IMG/VR virus record: IMGVR_UViG_3300032272_000002
Span: 96,001 to 160,000 of that record
Length of the DNA stretch: 64,000 bases
Direction: 5' to 3' (one strand)
DNA from: a virus
Positions within the stretch are counted from its first letter, which is position 1; each line of letters opens with the position of its first letter. The notes below the pieces were generated by a model. It was not told the origin of the DNA and ran no database searches. It saw nothing but the letters and a program-made list of their open reading frames with translations. Positions 46,108-56,919 of the stretch are shown here, one piece after another. Position numbers and translations under genes: made by a program.

Positions 46108-49100
46108 TTATCCCGCCTGTCCTAGTGATGATAGTAGACCACGCTCCTGCAATACCTGCAAGATAGAGTCAAGTTGTTCAAGCAATACATCAAGCTGTTC
46201 GTCCACCTGTTCGGCAGCCGCCTCTTGAACAGCCGCACGGATCTCGGTAGTAAGATTCTCCAGTCCAGTAACCGATAGAGAGGTCTGGCCGTTAGTTTGC
46301 AGAGTAATATTAACGTCCTGGGCAGCACCAGCGGTCGCTGTCGTCCCAGTGTCCGTATCGCCACCAGTCGTGTTAGATTGAATAGCCGCGTTGCTATCGT
46401 TGATGTCGTCCAATCGTGACGAGATGTCTTGCAGCGTACTGACCGTTGCCTCTAGTAGATCCTCATTGTTGCCGCCGCCAGAACCAATGTCTGTCAGTGC
46501 TTGAGTTACAGAGCGTGCAATAGCAGCCACAACGGTCTCGTTGATAGCCTTGATAGCTTCAATGCCAGCGGAGATAGGGCTTACATTGCCGTCCTGGAAG
46601 TTCGGAATGAAGCCACGGTTCCGCATCGGAATGATAGCTTCACTTGTGTTAGCAACCGCAAGACCAGCACCACCCGGCATAGCACGCTTTTCACGACTAG
46701 CCGCACGGAGCAGTCCAGCAGCTTCCCCCGGAGTCAAATTGCCTCCAGCGAAATTCGGGATGTGTCCTGTCACAGCACTAACGGCGTTAGCTGCACCAAT
46801 AACGGCAAGCTTGGCCGCAATGATATTGCCTACGCCCGCTACGATTGTATCGCCCACTTCGCGGAACGTATTGTTCTGCTCGGCAAACAACTGAGCTTCC
46901 TTCTCAATCTGCTTCAGGGTATTGCGATCATTAGCAGCAATCACGGCGGCAGTCAATTCCTGACGCTCTGCGTTAGCCGCGTTCAATACTGCTACCTCTT
47001 CCTGAATACCCTCACGGATCAGACCAAGCTCTTCACGAGCACGCTCTTCGGCAATCTTGGCGACCTCAAGCTGTTCTTCGGCTGCCTCCACTGCACGCTG
47101 AGCCTCAGCGACCTGAGCGAACTGAAGTTGAGCATCCTTGAGTGCAAGATCCTGCAACATCTGAAGCTGTTCTACCTGCTGGTTCGTCAACTCTTCAAGA
47201 GATGGCAAGCCAACTTCAGGATCAATACCCGCACCAACTTGCCCAAGGGCTTCACGCAACTGCTCTACGCTGAAGCCACCAATGCTGGCAGTGTCAGGTA
47301 GTGCAGACAGGGCGTCTAGAATACTCTGACGAAGTGATAGCGGCAGGTTCAGAAGTGTGTCGGAGATCGCGGCGAAGTCACCTGAGCCCATGTTCAGGAA
47401 ATTCTCAAACGATCCACCAAGCTGCTCAGCGACAAAGTTCAGTGCCTGAATGCCCTGAGCTAAGTCAGCATTTTCAGCACCGCTTTGGCCGAAGATGTTT
47501 AGACCAGCATTGACAATCTCATCTCTCGCCTGCTGCAAGAACGATAGCGTTTCTTCTGAAAGTTGACGCTCAAGTTGAATACGTTGTTCAAGCGTAATGT
47601 TAGCCTCGTCCAGTACGTTACGGAACGATGAGTCTAAGCTATTTAGACGCTCTTCAAATGTAGAGATACCACCAGTTAAGATGTCGATCTCACGTTGTAA
47701 GCTGTTAGATCTAATTTGTGCTTCTGCTACTGCACCATTAGCCGCAAGAATAGCACCGACTAAATCCTTATACGCAGAGTCTAGATCAGCCGTAGCACTT
47801 AGAACATCCTGCTGTGCAGACTTCAAGTTACCTAGGGCGTCAGCTTCTTGGTTTGCAAGATCTGCCAAACGATCTAATTCAAATTCCTCGAAGCTACGGC
47901 CCGCATCACGCAAAGCATTTTCAAATTCTTCTGTAGATTCGGCAAATTTCTCAAGTGCTTTAATACGCTCTTCTTCAGCCTTAGCTGCTTCGGTAGCGGC
48001 CTTGCTTTCCGCTTTAGCTAACGCAACTCGCGACTTAATTGTTTCAATAACTTCTTTACGACCAAGATCTTCTTTGTTAAGAAGTAGGACGTTACGTTCT
48101 TGTGCAAGCTCAGCACGCTTCAGGGCACCTTCGCTGTTTTCAGTAGAACCAGCAAGACTATCAATCTCAGCATCGAGACTACTAATCTGTGCATTCAAAG
48201 ACTCAACTCGAATCGCTGCGGCTGCCGACACATTGTCTAGTGCAAGCTGAGCCTTCTCAACGTCTGAGATGTTTGCAATACCGCCAATATTGTTCATGGC
48301 CGCCTGTGCATCACCACCAAACTCCAACATTGAAATGCGGAAATCATCCATTGATCGCTGTGCAGATTCGGCGGCTTGCTTCTGAGCTTCTGTCAACGCC
48401 TGATTTCGATTGAAGATCTCAACCTGAACAGCTTGCCCAGCTTCAGCAGCCTCAATCTGAGCCTGCATTCTGGTACGCTCAGCGGAAATGAACTTCTTAA
48501 CAAAAGCAGCCTCTTCGTCGGGTAACTTCTTCAGGAACTTAACGATAGCATCTGTAGACTCAGCACCAGCGGGCAATTGAGCCAGCTTAATAGCGGCATC
48601 AAACGTCTCCTTGGCCTTGCCTAAATCACCAAAGGCTGCACCACCCTCTAGTGTACGCAAGCCCTCTCTGAATTGCTCAAAGTTCTTTTGTGCAATAGCG
48701 AACGCAGTAGCAGAACGATCAGCTTCAATACGCAACTTGTCTACCCCCTTAGCAACATCTTGCGGTGCCTTGCTGGCGTCCTCAAGTGCAATGGATAGAG
48801 TTTGTAATTCTTGGAAGATCTTTTGAGTCGCAAAACGACGTTGGAATTCTTCAAACGTAAAGATTAAGCTTTCGAGCTTGCCGGTCACGGGATCTACGGC
48901 ACGCTCTACCTTACCCATAGCTTTGAATAAGAGTTCAAGCTGTTCGTCAAATCGTAAGGAACTTTCGCCAGTCTCGCCATACGAATCACGAAGCATGGCA
49001 AGAGCCTCTGCATTTACAAAGTACTCACTCTCTAGAGAGGTCAGGTTTTTGATAGTCTCTCTGCCCAGGCTCGGATCAAACAAAACACCCTTCAAAGATT

Positions 49101-51222
49101 CAATATCTTTAATGAATGCTTTTGACGTACTGTCTAGTCCTTTGAATGCTTGCTGGAATACTTTGTCAAAACTAATTTGATCTGATGTGCGACCACGAAT
49201 ACTCTTAGCAATATCTTCAATTAAAGTCTTGCCAACTAATTCAGCATCAGTAATCTCTACGAACGCTTCCTGACCAAGACGGGTCTGCTTTCTCTCAGCC
49301 GCACCTTCGAATGCTACCCTGTTCTTTTCAGCCTCTTCAGCAAAGCGGCTGATTGAGCTAGAAGCAACACTAAGTAATGCGGCAAACCCACCAAGTAGAG
49401 GATTGATGAGAGCAAACTGCAAGCCCATCTGCGTGGCACTACCACCAATGTCTAGTAGGTTATTAACGGCACTACGACTACCTTCTTCGGCAGTTCCTAG
49501 GGCACCCTTTAGTTTCTCAGCAGCACCAGCCGCAGCAATAGAGGCGGCGGTGAAGAATGCAATACGACCAACAGCATTATTAAGTACAGGGTTCAGGCCA
49601 CGCGATACGGTAGCTTGTCCTCTACTGAGTGCTCCAGTAAACCGCTGCAACATAGTGGTAGACTGTACAGTCGCTCCAAGATTACGACTCTTAGCATCAA
49701 CTAGCTGTCGAACCTTGCCGATCTCAACGTTAACCACACGCTGATTACGAATAGCCTGCAAGCGTAGATTAGCCAGCTCATTGGCTGCGGACTTAGCCTC
49801 AAGCTCCAACGGGCCTAGTCCAGCACCGCCGCCAGGCCGAGCACCGCCACCGCCAGCAGCACCGCCGCCGAGAACGTTACGGAGACCACCACCAATACCC
49901 AATACAGACGCAGTAGCCGTTCCTGCAAACAATGCAAGGATAGGAGCAAATGACGCACCCATCTCATCAATAAGGCTAACGCCCTTACCAAAGATTTCAA
50001 TTAGCTTTGTTGCACCGACAACAGCTTGATTAAGAGCATCGCCAACGCCTGCTTCACTAATTGTACGGGCCAGTTCCTGACCACTAACCTTTAGCTGCTC
50101 CAGCTTCTCACTCAACGATGTAGCAATAACTTCGTTCTTACCTTGAGCCGTACCAAGAGCGTCAGACGCCTGAGCCGACAATTCGAGACCACGGTCCAAG
50201 GACTTAACAACAGCCAAGAAGGATTCAAACTGACGAACGCCAGCAATAGACTTGGCAATATTAGCCTGTTGCGATTCAGTCAGTCCATTGAACTTACCCT
50301 GAATATCAACAAGCACTTCCGCCAGTGGTCGAAGAGTACCATCAAGGTTAACTACTTCAACTCCAAGTCCACGCACGGCATTCTGGGCTTCGCCAGCAGC
50401 CGTAATACGTGTCGATAGGGTCTTGAAGAAGGTACCAACCTCACGGCCTGACTTTCGAGTCTGTTCCCTCAGACCGGCGATCAAACCAATTGTATCTTCG
50501 AAGCTCTTAGTAGCGAAGGCAAGAGCGTTACCACCTGTACGGAAGGCTTGAGCAATATCTTGAGCACCAACGGCAGCAAGGTCTTCAACTCGAATAACCT
50601 TATCAAAGGCTTCGCTCAGATCACCTAGCTCATCACCGAAAATCTTGGTTGCGGCAATAGCAAATTCCTGAGCTTCCGCAACCTCTAGCGTACTAACCTT
50701 AGCGGCGAGAGCAGCGGTAGCCGCCAGCTCTTCAGCCTGCTGAAGACTGAAACCAGCCTGTACGAACAATCGAATACCCTTGGCTGCTTCCAGAGCACTA
50801 ACTCGGAATTCTGTACCAATACGGAATGCGGCATCAGCGATGTCATTAAAGCGATTCCCTAGACCATCAATATCAAGAGAGATAATACGCTTGATCTCAG
50901 CTTCCAAATCAACCAAAAAGCTCACACTGCCCTGAAGGGCCTTGTTCATCGTGGCGAAGGCGGGCAGAAGAATAGCGAACTGAGTCATTCTCTGCAAGAA
51001 GAGGCGAGCCGCACGAGCATTGCCCTCAAGAGCTGGACGCACAGACTGAGTGCTTGAGGCTAATTGACGCATGCCGCGATCAGCCTGCTTCAATCTCGTG
51101 TTGGTCTGACCCAACGAAACAGGAACACCCGCAATGGCACGACTGATCTTCTGAAAGATACGCGGATCAATATCCACGTCTGTCAGCTTCAGAATGCTTT
51201 CAATTTGAATTCTCTTAGCCAT
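46108..51222 (-). CDS. Tail tape measure protein
   Basis: 1704 aa, Ala/Leu-rich helical. TP901-like core (SGREVGTFFKTL, GTLRPLAEVL, IAGVRQ) and GFIPNF motifs. Confidence 0.92.
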   Translation of the reverse strand: MAKRIQIESILKLTDVDIDPRIFQKISRAIAGVPVSLGQTNTRLKQADRGMRQLASSTQSVRPALEGNARAARLFLQRMTQFAILLPAFATMNKALQGSVSFLVDLEAEIKRIISLDIDGLGNRFNDIADAAFRIGTEFRVSALEAAKGIRLFVQAGFSLQQAEELAATAALAAKVSTLEVAEAQEFAIAATKIFGDELGDLSEAFDKVIRVEDLAAVGAQDIAQAFRTGGNALAFATKSFEDTIGLIAGLREQTRKSGREVGTFFKTLSTRITAAGEAQNAVRGLGVEVVNLDGTLRPLAEVLVDIQGKFNGLTESQQANIAKSIAGVRQFESFLAVVKSLDRGLELSAQASDALGTAQGKNEVIATSLSEKLEQLKVSGQELARTISEAGVGDALNQAVVGATKLIEIFGKGVSLIDEMGASFAPILALFAGTATASVLGIGGGLRNVLGGGAAGGGGARPGGGAGLGPLELEAKSAANELANLRLQAIRNQRVVNVEIGKVRQLVDAKSRNLGATVQSTTMLQRFTGALSRGQATVSRGLNPVLNNAVGRIAFFTAASIAAAGAAEKLKGALGTAEEGSRSAVNNLLDIGGSATQMGLQFALINPLLGGFAALLSVASSSISRFAEEAEKNRVAFEGAAERKQTRLGQEAFVEITDAELVGKTLIEDIAKSIRGRTSDQISFDKVFQQAFKGLDSTSKAFIKDIESLKGVLFDPSLGRETIKNLTSLESEYFVNAEALAMLRDSYGETGESSLRFDEQLELLFKAMGKVERAVDPVTGKLESLIFTFEEFQRRFATQKIFQELQTLSIALEDASKAPQDVAKGVDKLRIEADRSATAFAIAQKNFEQFREGLRTLEGGAAFGDLGKAKETFDAAIKLAQLPAGAESTDAIVKFLKKLPDEEAAFVKKFISAERTRMQAQIEAAEAGQAVQVEIFNRNQALTEAQKQAAESAQRSMDDFRISMLEFGGDAQAAMNNIGGIANISDVEKAQLALDNVSAAAAIRVESLNAQISSLDAEIDSLAGSTENSEGALKRAELAQERNVLLLNKEDLGRKEVIETIKSRVALAKAESKAATEAAKAEEERIKALEKFAESTEEFENALRDAGRSFEEFELDRLADLANQEADALGNLKSAQQDVLSATADLDSAYKDLVGAILAANGAVAEAQIRSNSLQREIDILTGGISTFEERLNSLDSSFRNVLDEANITLEQRIQLERQLSEETLSFLQQARDEIVNAGLNIFGQSGAENADLAQGIQALNFVAEQLGGSFENFLNMGSGDFAAISDTLLNLPLSLRQSILDALSALPDTASIGGFSVEQLREALGQVGAGIDPEVGLPSLEELTNQQVEQLQMLQDLALKDAQLQFAQVAEAQRAVEAAEEQLEVAKIAEERAREELGLIREGIQEEVAVLNAANAERQELTAAVIAANDRNTLKQIEKEAQLFAEQNNTFREVGDTIVAGVGNIIAAKLAVIGAANAVSAVTGHIPNFAGGNLTPGEAAGLLRAASREKRAMPGGAGLAVANTSEAIIPMRNRGFIPNFQDGNVSPISAGIEAIKAINETVVAAIARSVTQALTDIGSGGGNNEDLLEATVSTLQDISSRLDDINDSNAAIQSNTTGGDTDTGTTATAGAAQDVNITLQTNGQTSLSVTGLENLTTEIRAAVQEAAAEQVDEQLDVLLEQLDSILQVLQERGLLSSLGQAG

Positions 51223-51865
51223 TGATATTCTTATTCATTAATTCGACAACTTTCTTGTCGATTGCTTCTTGAATCTTGCTAGTGTTCTCACTCACCCATT
51301 TGTCTTCATAGTTAAGTAATGCCTCAGGAAAACGCCAGAGACCCGAGCTACCCAGGGCACCTCGCGGCAACATCAAACCGCCGAGCGGCGAACCAAGACG
51401 AATAGACCTTTGTCCGCCCAAGACCTTCCGACGAGGAACGAACCCACTATTAACCTGCTTCTTATCAAAAACCCACTCCATCCAAGATGAAATGGTCAAA
51501 TGACCAGTGCCAGCGGCGGGATGTTTGGTGGCCGCCTTTAGGGCAGCTACGTTTCCAAATTCTAACTTAAGAGTATCTCCTTTTCTTTTTACTCTAAATG
51601 CAGAAGACTCATAAGCCTTTAGTAGTTTGGGTGGCTCAGTTGATGGGATACCAAGCTGGCTCAGCCCATCAGGGCTGCTGATAAACCTGAAGAACTCAGT
51701 GTCCTTGATGCCCTGGATGCCCATGCCACCACGAACCATAGCTCTTACTAGGTCCTTAGACATCCAACGTTCCAGATCGTCCAGCGTCTTCTTCCACGCT
51801 TGCTTCAGGTTCAGCTTGATCTGTTTCGTCGGATTGCCCAGTATCTTGGCGTGCCACCGTGCCAT
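51215..51865 (-). CDS. Hypothetical basic protein (possible neck/tail completion protein)
   Basis: AGGAG/GAGG RBS, directly upstream of the tape measure. Confidence 0.65.
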   Translation of the reverse strand: MARWHAKILGNPTKQIKLNLKQAWKKTLDDLERWMSKDLVRAMVRGGMGIQGIKDTEFFRFISSPDGLSQLGIPSTEPPKLLKAYESSAFRVKRKGDTLKLEFGNVAALKAATKHPAAGTGHLTISSWMEWVFDKKQVNSGFVPRRKVLGGQRSIRLGSPLGGLMLPRGALGSSGLWRFPEALLNYEDKWVSENTSKIQEAIDKKVVELMNKNING

Positions 51866-52577
51866 CCTCTTCTTCTCCTAAGTTTTCTAATGCGTCTTCT
51901 CTGCGTCGGGCGATCTCTTTTTCTACATCTTCTTCAATCGCACGATCCATAATGCTCTCACGAACATCCTTTAAATACTTGGACTCTGGATACTTGCCTT
52001 CGATATCGTCGCGGACTGCTTTTAGAATCTCGCTCTGTACCTCAACGACTTCGAGATATACCGTGGATTTCATATTCTCTTCTTTCTCACGGACAAAATC
52101 TTCGTACGTCTTCCAGTATCGCTGGTCAGTAGCCGCCAGCCGCGTGCAGGCAGCCATCATGGCCTCTGTCTTAATCAGTTCAGCCAGTGCCTCGGCTGAA
52201 TGCATGAAGACCGTTTGCTGAATAAGGAACAGCTCCCACATCTTGTCTCGCTGCTCATTCATATCCTGAGCAAGCTTTTCACACTCGTCATCATCACCAG
52301 ACTGCTCTGCTTTCAAGAGTCGAGCATGTAGTAGTGCGATAGTGGCGACAATCTTCTTATATTTTACTTCGTCTTCCTCAGTCCACATGCCATGATCTCT
52401 CATCACGGAACGTAGCTTTTCTCTGGGGAAAATGCCTTGTGATAGTGCCTTGGAATATGCTACCTTATAATAGCGTTCACCCTCGGTCTCAATCGGTAGA
52501 GTTGGTGCCGCAAGCTTAAATTGCATGTCAGCCCCGAACTTGTCCTTCGCGTTGAATTCTCTTTTAATTTCTTCCAT
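51756..52577 (-). CDS. Putative tail assembly chaperone
   Basis: Helical and acidic, between tail tube and tape measure; WTEED motif shared with 53122..54309. Confidence 0.6.
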   Translation of the reverse strand: MEEIKREFNAKDKFGADMQFKLAAPTLPIETEGERYYKVAYSKALSQGIFPREKLRSVMRDHGMWTEEDEVKYKKIVATIALLHARLLKAEQSGDDDECEKLAQDMNEQRDKMWELFLIQQTVFMHSAEALAELIKTEAMMAACTRLAATDQRYWKTYEDFVREKEENMKSTVYLEVVEVQSEILKAVRDDIEGKYPESKYLKDVRESIMDRAIEEDVEKEIARRREDALENLGEEEDGTVARQDTGQSDETDQAEPEASVEEDAGRSGTLDV

Positions 52578-52579
52578 AC

Positions 52580-53125
52580 CTAGCTCCTGTATAATTTAAT
52601 CAGTTCCTCCCGCCACTGATGATATTCTTCCCTAACCCCCGCGTGTAAACGGTACCTATCCATAATAGGTAATACACAATTTACGCACGAATCGATACCA
52701 ACAATTTCGAGAACAAGACTTCCGTCCTGCTCGTACACTACGCCACTACCGAATTCTGCCCTAATGGCCTGCAAAACCTTACTGCGGTCTTTAGCACCAT
52801 AGATCTTGAAAAAAGGAGATACGACTACTCCAAACTCCATTCGCTGAACGGTCTCAAGGAAGGTCTTGGTCACAGCTAATGGCCGATCATCGTCCGCTCG
52901 CATGGGGCGAAACTCTACATCATAATCGTATAGCTCGTCGCGTTGGGCTCGCATAACATCATTAAATGCCGTGCGTAATCCTGCCTTAAATTTCTGACCA
53001 TCCGTAGTGTCTTCCAGCTCAGAGAAACGACCCTCGAAGCCTTCTAGGGTCTGAATCATTAAGTGCCTTGTTCGCCTTTCTGTACTGCGAATGAGCTGGT
53101 CGCGGGAGTAATTTTGCTTTCTCAT
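52580..53125 (-). CDS. Hypothetical protein
   Basis: ATGA-coupled 181-aa ORF. Confidence 0.7.
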   Translation of the reverse strand: MRKQNYSRDQLIRSTERRTRHLMIQTLEGFEGRFSELEDTTDGQKFKAGLRTAFNDVMRAQRDELYDYDVEFRPMRADDDRPLAVTKTFLETVQRMEFGVVVSPFFKIYGAKDRSKVLQAIRAEFGSGVVYEQDGSLVLEIVGIDSCVNCVLPIMDRYRLHAGVREEYHQWREELIKLYRS

Positions 53126-54309
53126 TTTTTAAATACTTTGCTGTCTGAGCCAAGCAGAATGCGTGACCTCTTCTTGCGTAAATCCTGTTCTTCGATAGTG
53201 CCGTGCTTTCCTACTGCATCGTGCTCTTGATTGATATGTGACCTTACCTGTGCTGAATTACGGTTATAAACCTCTTTACTAATCCTTGACTTCTCTTCCG
53301 CAGTATAGTAGCGGAAGGTACCAAACGGACAGTCGGCGGCGTGAGGCTTCTTAAGGCCCAAACCAACCGTCTTTTGCGGACCTATTCCACAGACACAAGC
53401 TTCACTGAATTCACCATCCAGGATAGCTCCTTGTTCGTGGTGATGACCACCCGCCTTAGTACCCTCCATCTTGCCCTCTTTTCTTTCAAGGTCTCGATTT
53501 GCTAGCCACTCATCATATTTGTCGTCATCTTGAAAGGTGTCCTCGCTGGGGCGATCCGGATCCTCATAACCGATATCGTAGACCCTGCTCCAATAAACCA
53601 GCATCTTCTGGTTCATGTTCAGATCACCAATAGGACGATCAAACAGTCCACTGAGATTCTCTTTATTTAACGTCCAAACCAATCGCCATTCAGCGTTACG
53701 AGCAATCTCACGTAGTTCCGGTTCATCCCACAAACTCTCTGTTAACAGATGGTGGGATAGATATGCGATAAGGTCGGGGTGCTTTCTTGTGGCTTGCAAG
53801 AATGCCTCATCGTCTGGCCAGAACAGCGTGCCGTCCACATTGAGTGCGACACGCATTAAAAGATGAAAGACCGCAACCTCATGAGCTTGATACTCAGAAG
53901 TTTGGGTCTTCAAATAATTAGACTTGGCTAAAACTCGGCTGCGTAATTTTTCAGTTTCTTTTAGCTGTCTTTCTAATAGCTTCTTGCGAGAAGCAAATTT
54001 CTGACCAGAGATTTCAGACTCCAAGAACTTAATGTGGTCGTCTGCTTCCTTTTGAACGCGATCATCTTCTTCGGTCCAATAGTCAGATTCACGGGCAGTT
54101 TTAAACACTTCCCGCTCGGTAGGTACTTTAACTTCAATACTCTTCTGCTCTTCCAGGCGACGGATATATAAGAAGTAATTCCAGTCTTCTACAACTGGAT
54201 CACGCATAATGACCGTACGCACACCTTCTGGTGCTGGAATCTCTGCGGGAATCGTGACGTATCTACGATCCCACATTAATAGTCGAAGTTTATCCTGAAC
54301 CGTTAACAT
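53122..54309 (-). CDS. Putative tail assembly chaperone (paralog of 51756..52577)
   Basis: Follows the tail tube gene; WTEED motif. Confidence 0.6.
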   Translation of the reverse strand: MLTVQDKLRLLMWDRRYVTIPAEIPAPEGVRTVIMRDPVVEDWNYFLYIRRLEEQKSIEVKVPTEREVFKTARESDYWTEEDDRVQKEADDHIKFLESEISGQKFASRKKLLERQLKETEKLRSRVLAKSNYLKTQTSEYQAHEVAVFHLLMRVALNVDGTLFWPDDEAFLQATRKHPDLIAYLSHHLLTESLWDEPELREIARNAEWRLVWTLNKENLSGLFDRPIGDLNMNQKMLVYWSRVYDIGYEDPDRPSEDTFQDDDKYDEWLANRDLERKEGKMEGTKAGGHHHEQGAILDGEFSEACVCGIGPQKTVGLGLKKPHAADCPFGTFRYYTAEEKSRISKEVYNRNSAQVRSHINQEHDAVGKHGTIEEQDLRKKRSRILLGSDSKVFKK

Positions 54310-54327
54310 ACCTATACCTAGGGGGAA

Positions 54328-54375
54328 GAGTGACCCGGCAGAGGCTTACCCCCTGTCCCCTGCCGGGTTCAGCTC
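54328..54375 (-). terminator. GC-rich stem-loop after the major tail gene (weak terminator or mRNA stabiliser)
   Basis: ACCCGGCAG...CTGCCGGGT inverted repeat with no strong U-tract. Confidence 0.5.
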
Positions 54376-54386
54376 ACCAAGGTATT

Positions 54387-55799
54387 TTAGAAGATACCTA
54401 GGTCACTCCGTCTGAAGGACGGAGCACCGACGTTGAATCGACTGTTACCAGTTTCGAACACCAAAACTCGGTGGTTCGGCTGGAACAAGTCGTGCGAAAC
54501 GTTGAAGACGTTGAAGGAACTGTAGTTATACGTGATGGTCATGTTATCACCACCAGCGTCACCACCGCCCATTTCAACACTCGTCAGACGGTTCGCGTCC
54601 CCAAGGTCAACTTGGAGACCGTCACAAGTACGGAGAATGATTGTGTTAGATTCGGACGTGTTGTCCGGACCACAGTCAATATCCGATGTAGCGTCGATCA
54701 GGTCACCTTGAGAGGTGATAACTTCAACCGAGGCAGTAGCTTCCAGCGGGAAGGCAGGAACCTTCACGAATGGACGCTTGGAGCCAAGCTCGAAGATGTC
54801 GTCACGGGCCACAGAGAACGAAACCGTAATCGTCTGAATGTGCTCTAGGATGTTGTCCGTGTTGGCATCGCCAATTAGCTGGCTAGTGCCAGCAAGCGTA
54901 CCAGGACCCTGAGCACCGAAGCCGCCATTTACAAAGGCGGAATCAATACCAGACGCGGCGAATTCAATCATACCGGGAATGTCTGCCGGTAGAACCGAAC
55001 GTCGAATGTCGATTTCTTCACGACGCTGGATACCAGAGCCAACGATGATAACACCGAAGCGGTCAGTACCACCAGCAAGCTCAGCAGCACCACCTTCGAC
55101 AAGAGCCGAAGTCAGTCCGTCGTGACCGAAGACACCAGAAGGCGTACCTTCAGGGGCGTTCGGGTTGTTACCGAGTGCGTCATCAGGCCAGATAACCAGC
55201 GGCTCGCCACCGTTACCAGCATTATGACCAGCAGTAACACCAGATACCGCCTCAATAGCACCCCAAATCTTGTCGTTACCAACCAGGGTGATGTCTTCAC
55301 TTACGAAGCCATCAATAGGGAAGGTATACGAAATATTCGAGACGTACATGCCAGACGCCGTTACAATAGATAACGGTCGGCCAGTAGCACGGAATTGAGT
55401 ATCCGGATAAATTTGCATAGTGACATCGACCCGATAATTCGCAGTACGAGCAACGATATCATTCGCCGCAGTCGGATCAGTCACCATAAAGAATAGGGCT
55501 TTCGTACCATCGATAGCCTTAGAGAGAGTCATCTCAATATCGGGCTGACGCTCAGAGTACTCATAGATTTCTACCTGACCAAGCTGGAACGTTTGCTCCA
55601 GATTGAAAGTAGTGCTCATACCAGCACTTTGAAGGCCGCGAGGTACCTCCCACAGTCCACCCACTTGGTCCACACCGGACGCCAGAGTGCCTGTTGAATA
55701 TTCGAGGGCTCCGAGCGAGGCAACCGTACTCGTTGCCGCAGCAGCATTATCTTTAATCGCTACCTGCTCAATCGCCCAAAATACACGATTGTTAACCAT
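54387..55799 (-). CDS. Major tail (tube) protein
   Basis: Two tube-like halves (TTFNLEQTFQLGQ / ARDDIFELGSKRP), strong AAGGAGG RBS, position before chaperones and tape measure. Confidence 0.75.
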   Translation of the reverse strand: MVNNRVFWAIEQVAIKDNAAAATSTVASLGALEYSTGTLASGVDQVGGLWEVPRGLQSAGMSTTFNLEQTFQLGQVEIYEYSERQPDIEMTLSKAIDGTKALFFMVTDPTAANDIVARTANYRVDVTMQIYPDTQFRATGRPLSIVTASGMYVSNISYTFPIDGFVSEDITLVGNDKIWGAIEAVSGVTAGHNAGNGGEPLVIWPDDALGNNPNAPEGTPSGVFGHDGLTSALVEGGAAELAGGTDRFGVIIVGSGIQRREEIDIRRSVLPADIPGMIEFAASGIDSAFVNGGFGAQGPGTLAGTSQLIGDANTDNILEHIQTITVSFSVARDDIFELGSKRPFVKVPAFPLEATASVEVITSQGDLIDATSDIDCGPDNTSESNTIILRTCDGLQVDLGDANRLTSVEMGGGDAGGDNMTITYNYSSFNVFNVSHDLFQPNHRVLVFETGNSRFNVGAPSFRRSDLGIF

Positions 55800-55875
55800 T
55801 TTTTTCCTCCTTGAAAGAAGCTAGCTTAATGAGGATTAAACTTTGCAAAGAAGAGCCACACTTATAGCTCATGAA

Positions 55876-55887
55876 ATATTACACTAA
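55876..55887 (-). promoter_or_regulatory. Putative late promoter motif TTAGTG-TAATAT
   Basis: Intergenic copy upstream of the major tail gene. Confidence 0.6.
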
Positions 55888-55889
55888 AC

Positions 55890-56915
55890 TTAGAACCCCG
55901 TATCACCAATGGTTGGGATAGTAGAAATAGGTCCAAAAACATGCCCAAGCGGTGTCGTCGGGGCGTTAAGATAAACAGAAATATTAAAATCTACTACAGC
56001 ACGTTCGTATTCCTCATCGGGTGGAACATTTTCCGCCGTAACTTCATCAATATAAGCTGTATATCGAACTGGAGCACCAGATCCCACGGTCGTAACCAGG
56101 ACATTATTTCTAAGCATGTCTTGGTACGGCACGTACTCAGGAGATAAGGTGTTGAAGATCCCAGATAACGGCAGTGGTGCTCGATTAAAATCAAGCATAG
56201 GCACAGCCTTTCGCATTTGGGATGTAAGGATATCTACAATATTATCTCGCTCCATGTCATCTACTGCCCAGACATGCAAGCGAAGAGTATCCTTAATGAT
56301 AAGACTTCGGTTACCCAGTTCGAATGCATCAAACGATCTGTCAGTAACCTCTAGGAATACCGCTGGGAATGGATACAATAATCCAGACGGGTAGACCAAG
56401 TTATTTGAAGTAAGCGGGTTGCTCTTGTATTTGTTCTCGATGACACTGGTTTGATACTGCTGATTAAACTGGTGTTCGAAAGTAGTTCTTACTTCTCGTG
56501 CTCCGAAGTCCGCATTGACCTGGAGAGTGAGCGGTTGTGGAGAGTTGAAGATGATTCTACCGTTAGTAAAATCGCGAGTGTGCCCAAACTCAGCATCATC
56601 AGGAGTGCGAAAAGCACCCTCAATATATAGGCCAGAGGCAACAATAGGAGGGTCAATAACCCGCGTACCATCGATTGGTACATCCGCTTCATAAATCCAT
56701 TCTCTAAATGGTGACTGCCACACTTGGCCATTGCTAATTCCCCCGAGGATATCATCAGCGTCAGTGTCTGGTAATAGAACACTCATATCGCTGCCGTCGT
56801 AAAACTGAGTGCCACTAGTAATGTTTATAAAGGCACCCTCTCGGAGCATATGCATGTCCAAGAAGAACTTAAAATTCAGCTTCAGTAGTGCTTTGAGCTT
56901 GAAGTCTAGTGCCAT
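55890..56915 (-). CDS. Putative tail terminator / neck protein
   Basis: PAVFLE..FELG..LHVWA..ERDNIVD pattern; position before the tail tube gene. Confidence 0.55.
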   Translation of the reverse strand: MALDFKLKALLKLNFKFFLDMHMLREGAFINITSGTQFYDGSDMSVLLPDTDADDILGGISNGQVWQSPFREWIYEADVPIDGTRVIDPPIVASGLYIEGAFRTPDDAEFGHTRDFTNGRIIFNSPQPLTLQVNADFGAREVRTTFEHQFNQQYQTSVIENKYKSNPLTSNNLVYPSGLLYPFPAVFLEVTDRSFDAFELGNRSLIIKDTLRLHVWAVDDMERDNIVDILTSQMRKAVPMLDFNRAPLPLSGIFNTLSPEYVPYQDMLRNNVLVTTVGSGAPVRYTAYIDEVTAENVPPDEEYERAVVDFNISVYLNAPTTPLGHVFGPISTIPTIGDTGF

Positions 56916-56919
56916 GGTA

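Noticed and set aside
46501-50418. Several long plus-strand ORFs (up to 266 aa)
   Set aside because: Antisense to the tape measure gene and explained by its codon bias.
53122-53133. TTTAAAAAATGA as a programmed -1 frameshift in the tail chaperone region
   Set aside because: The TTTAAAA heptamer is not in X XXY YYZ phase with the upstream ORF. An ordinary ATGA coupling explains the junction.
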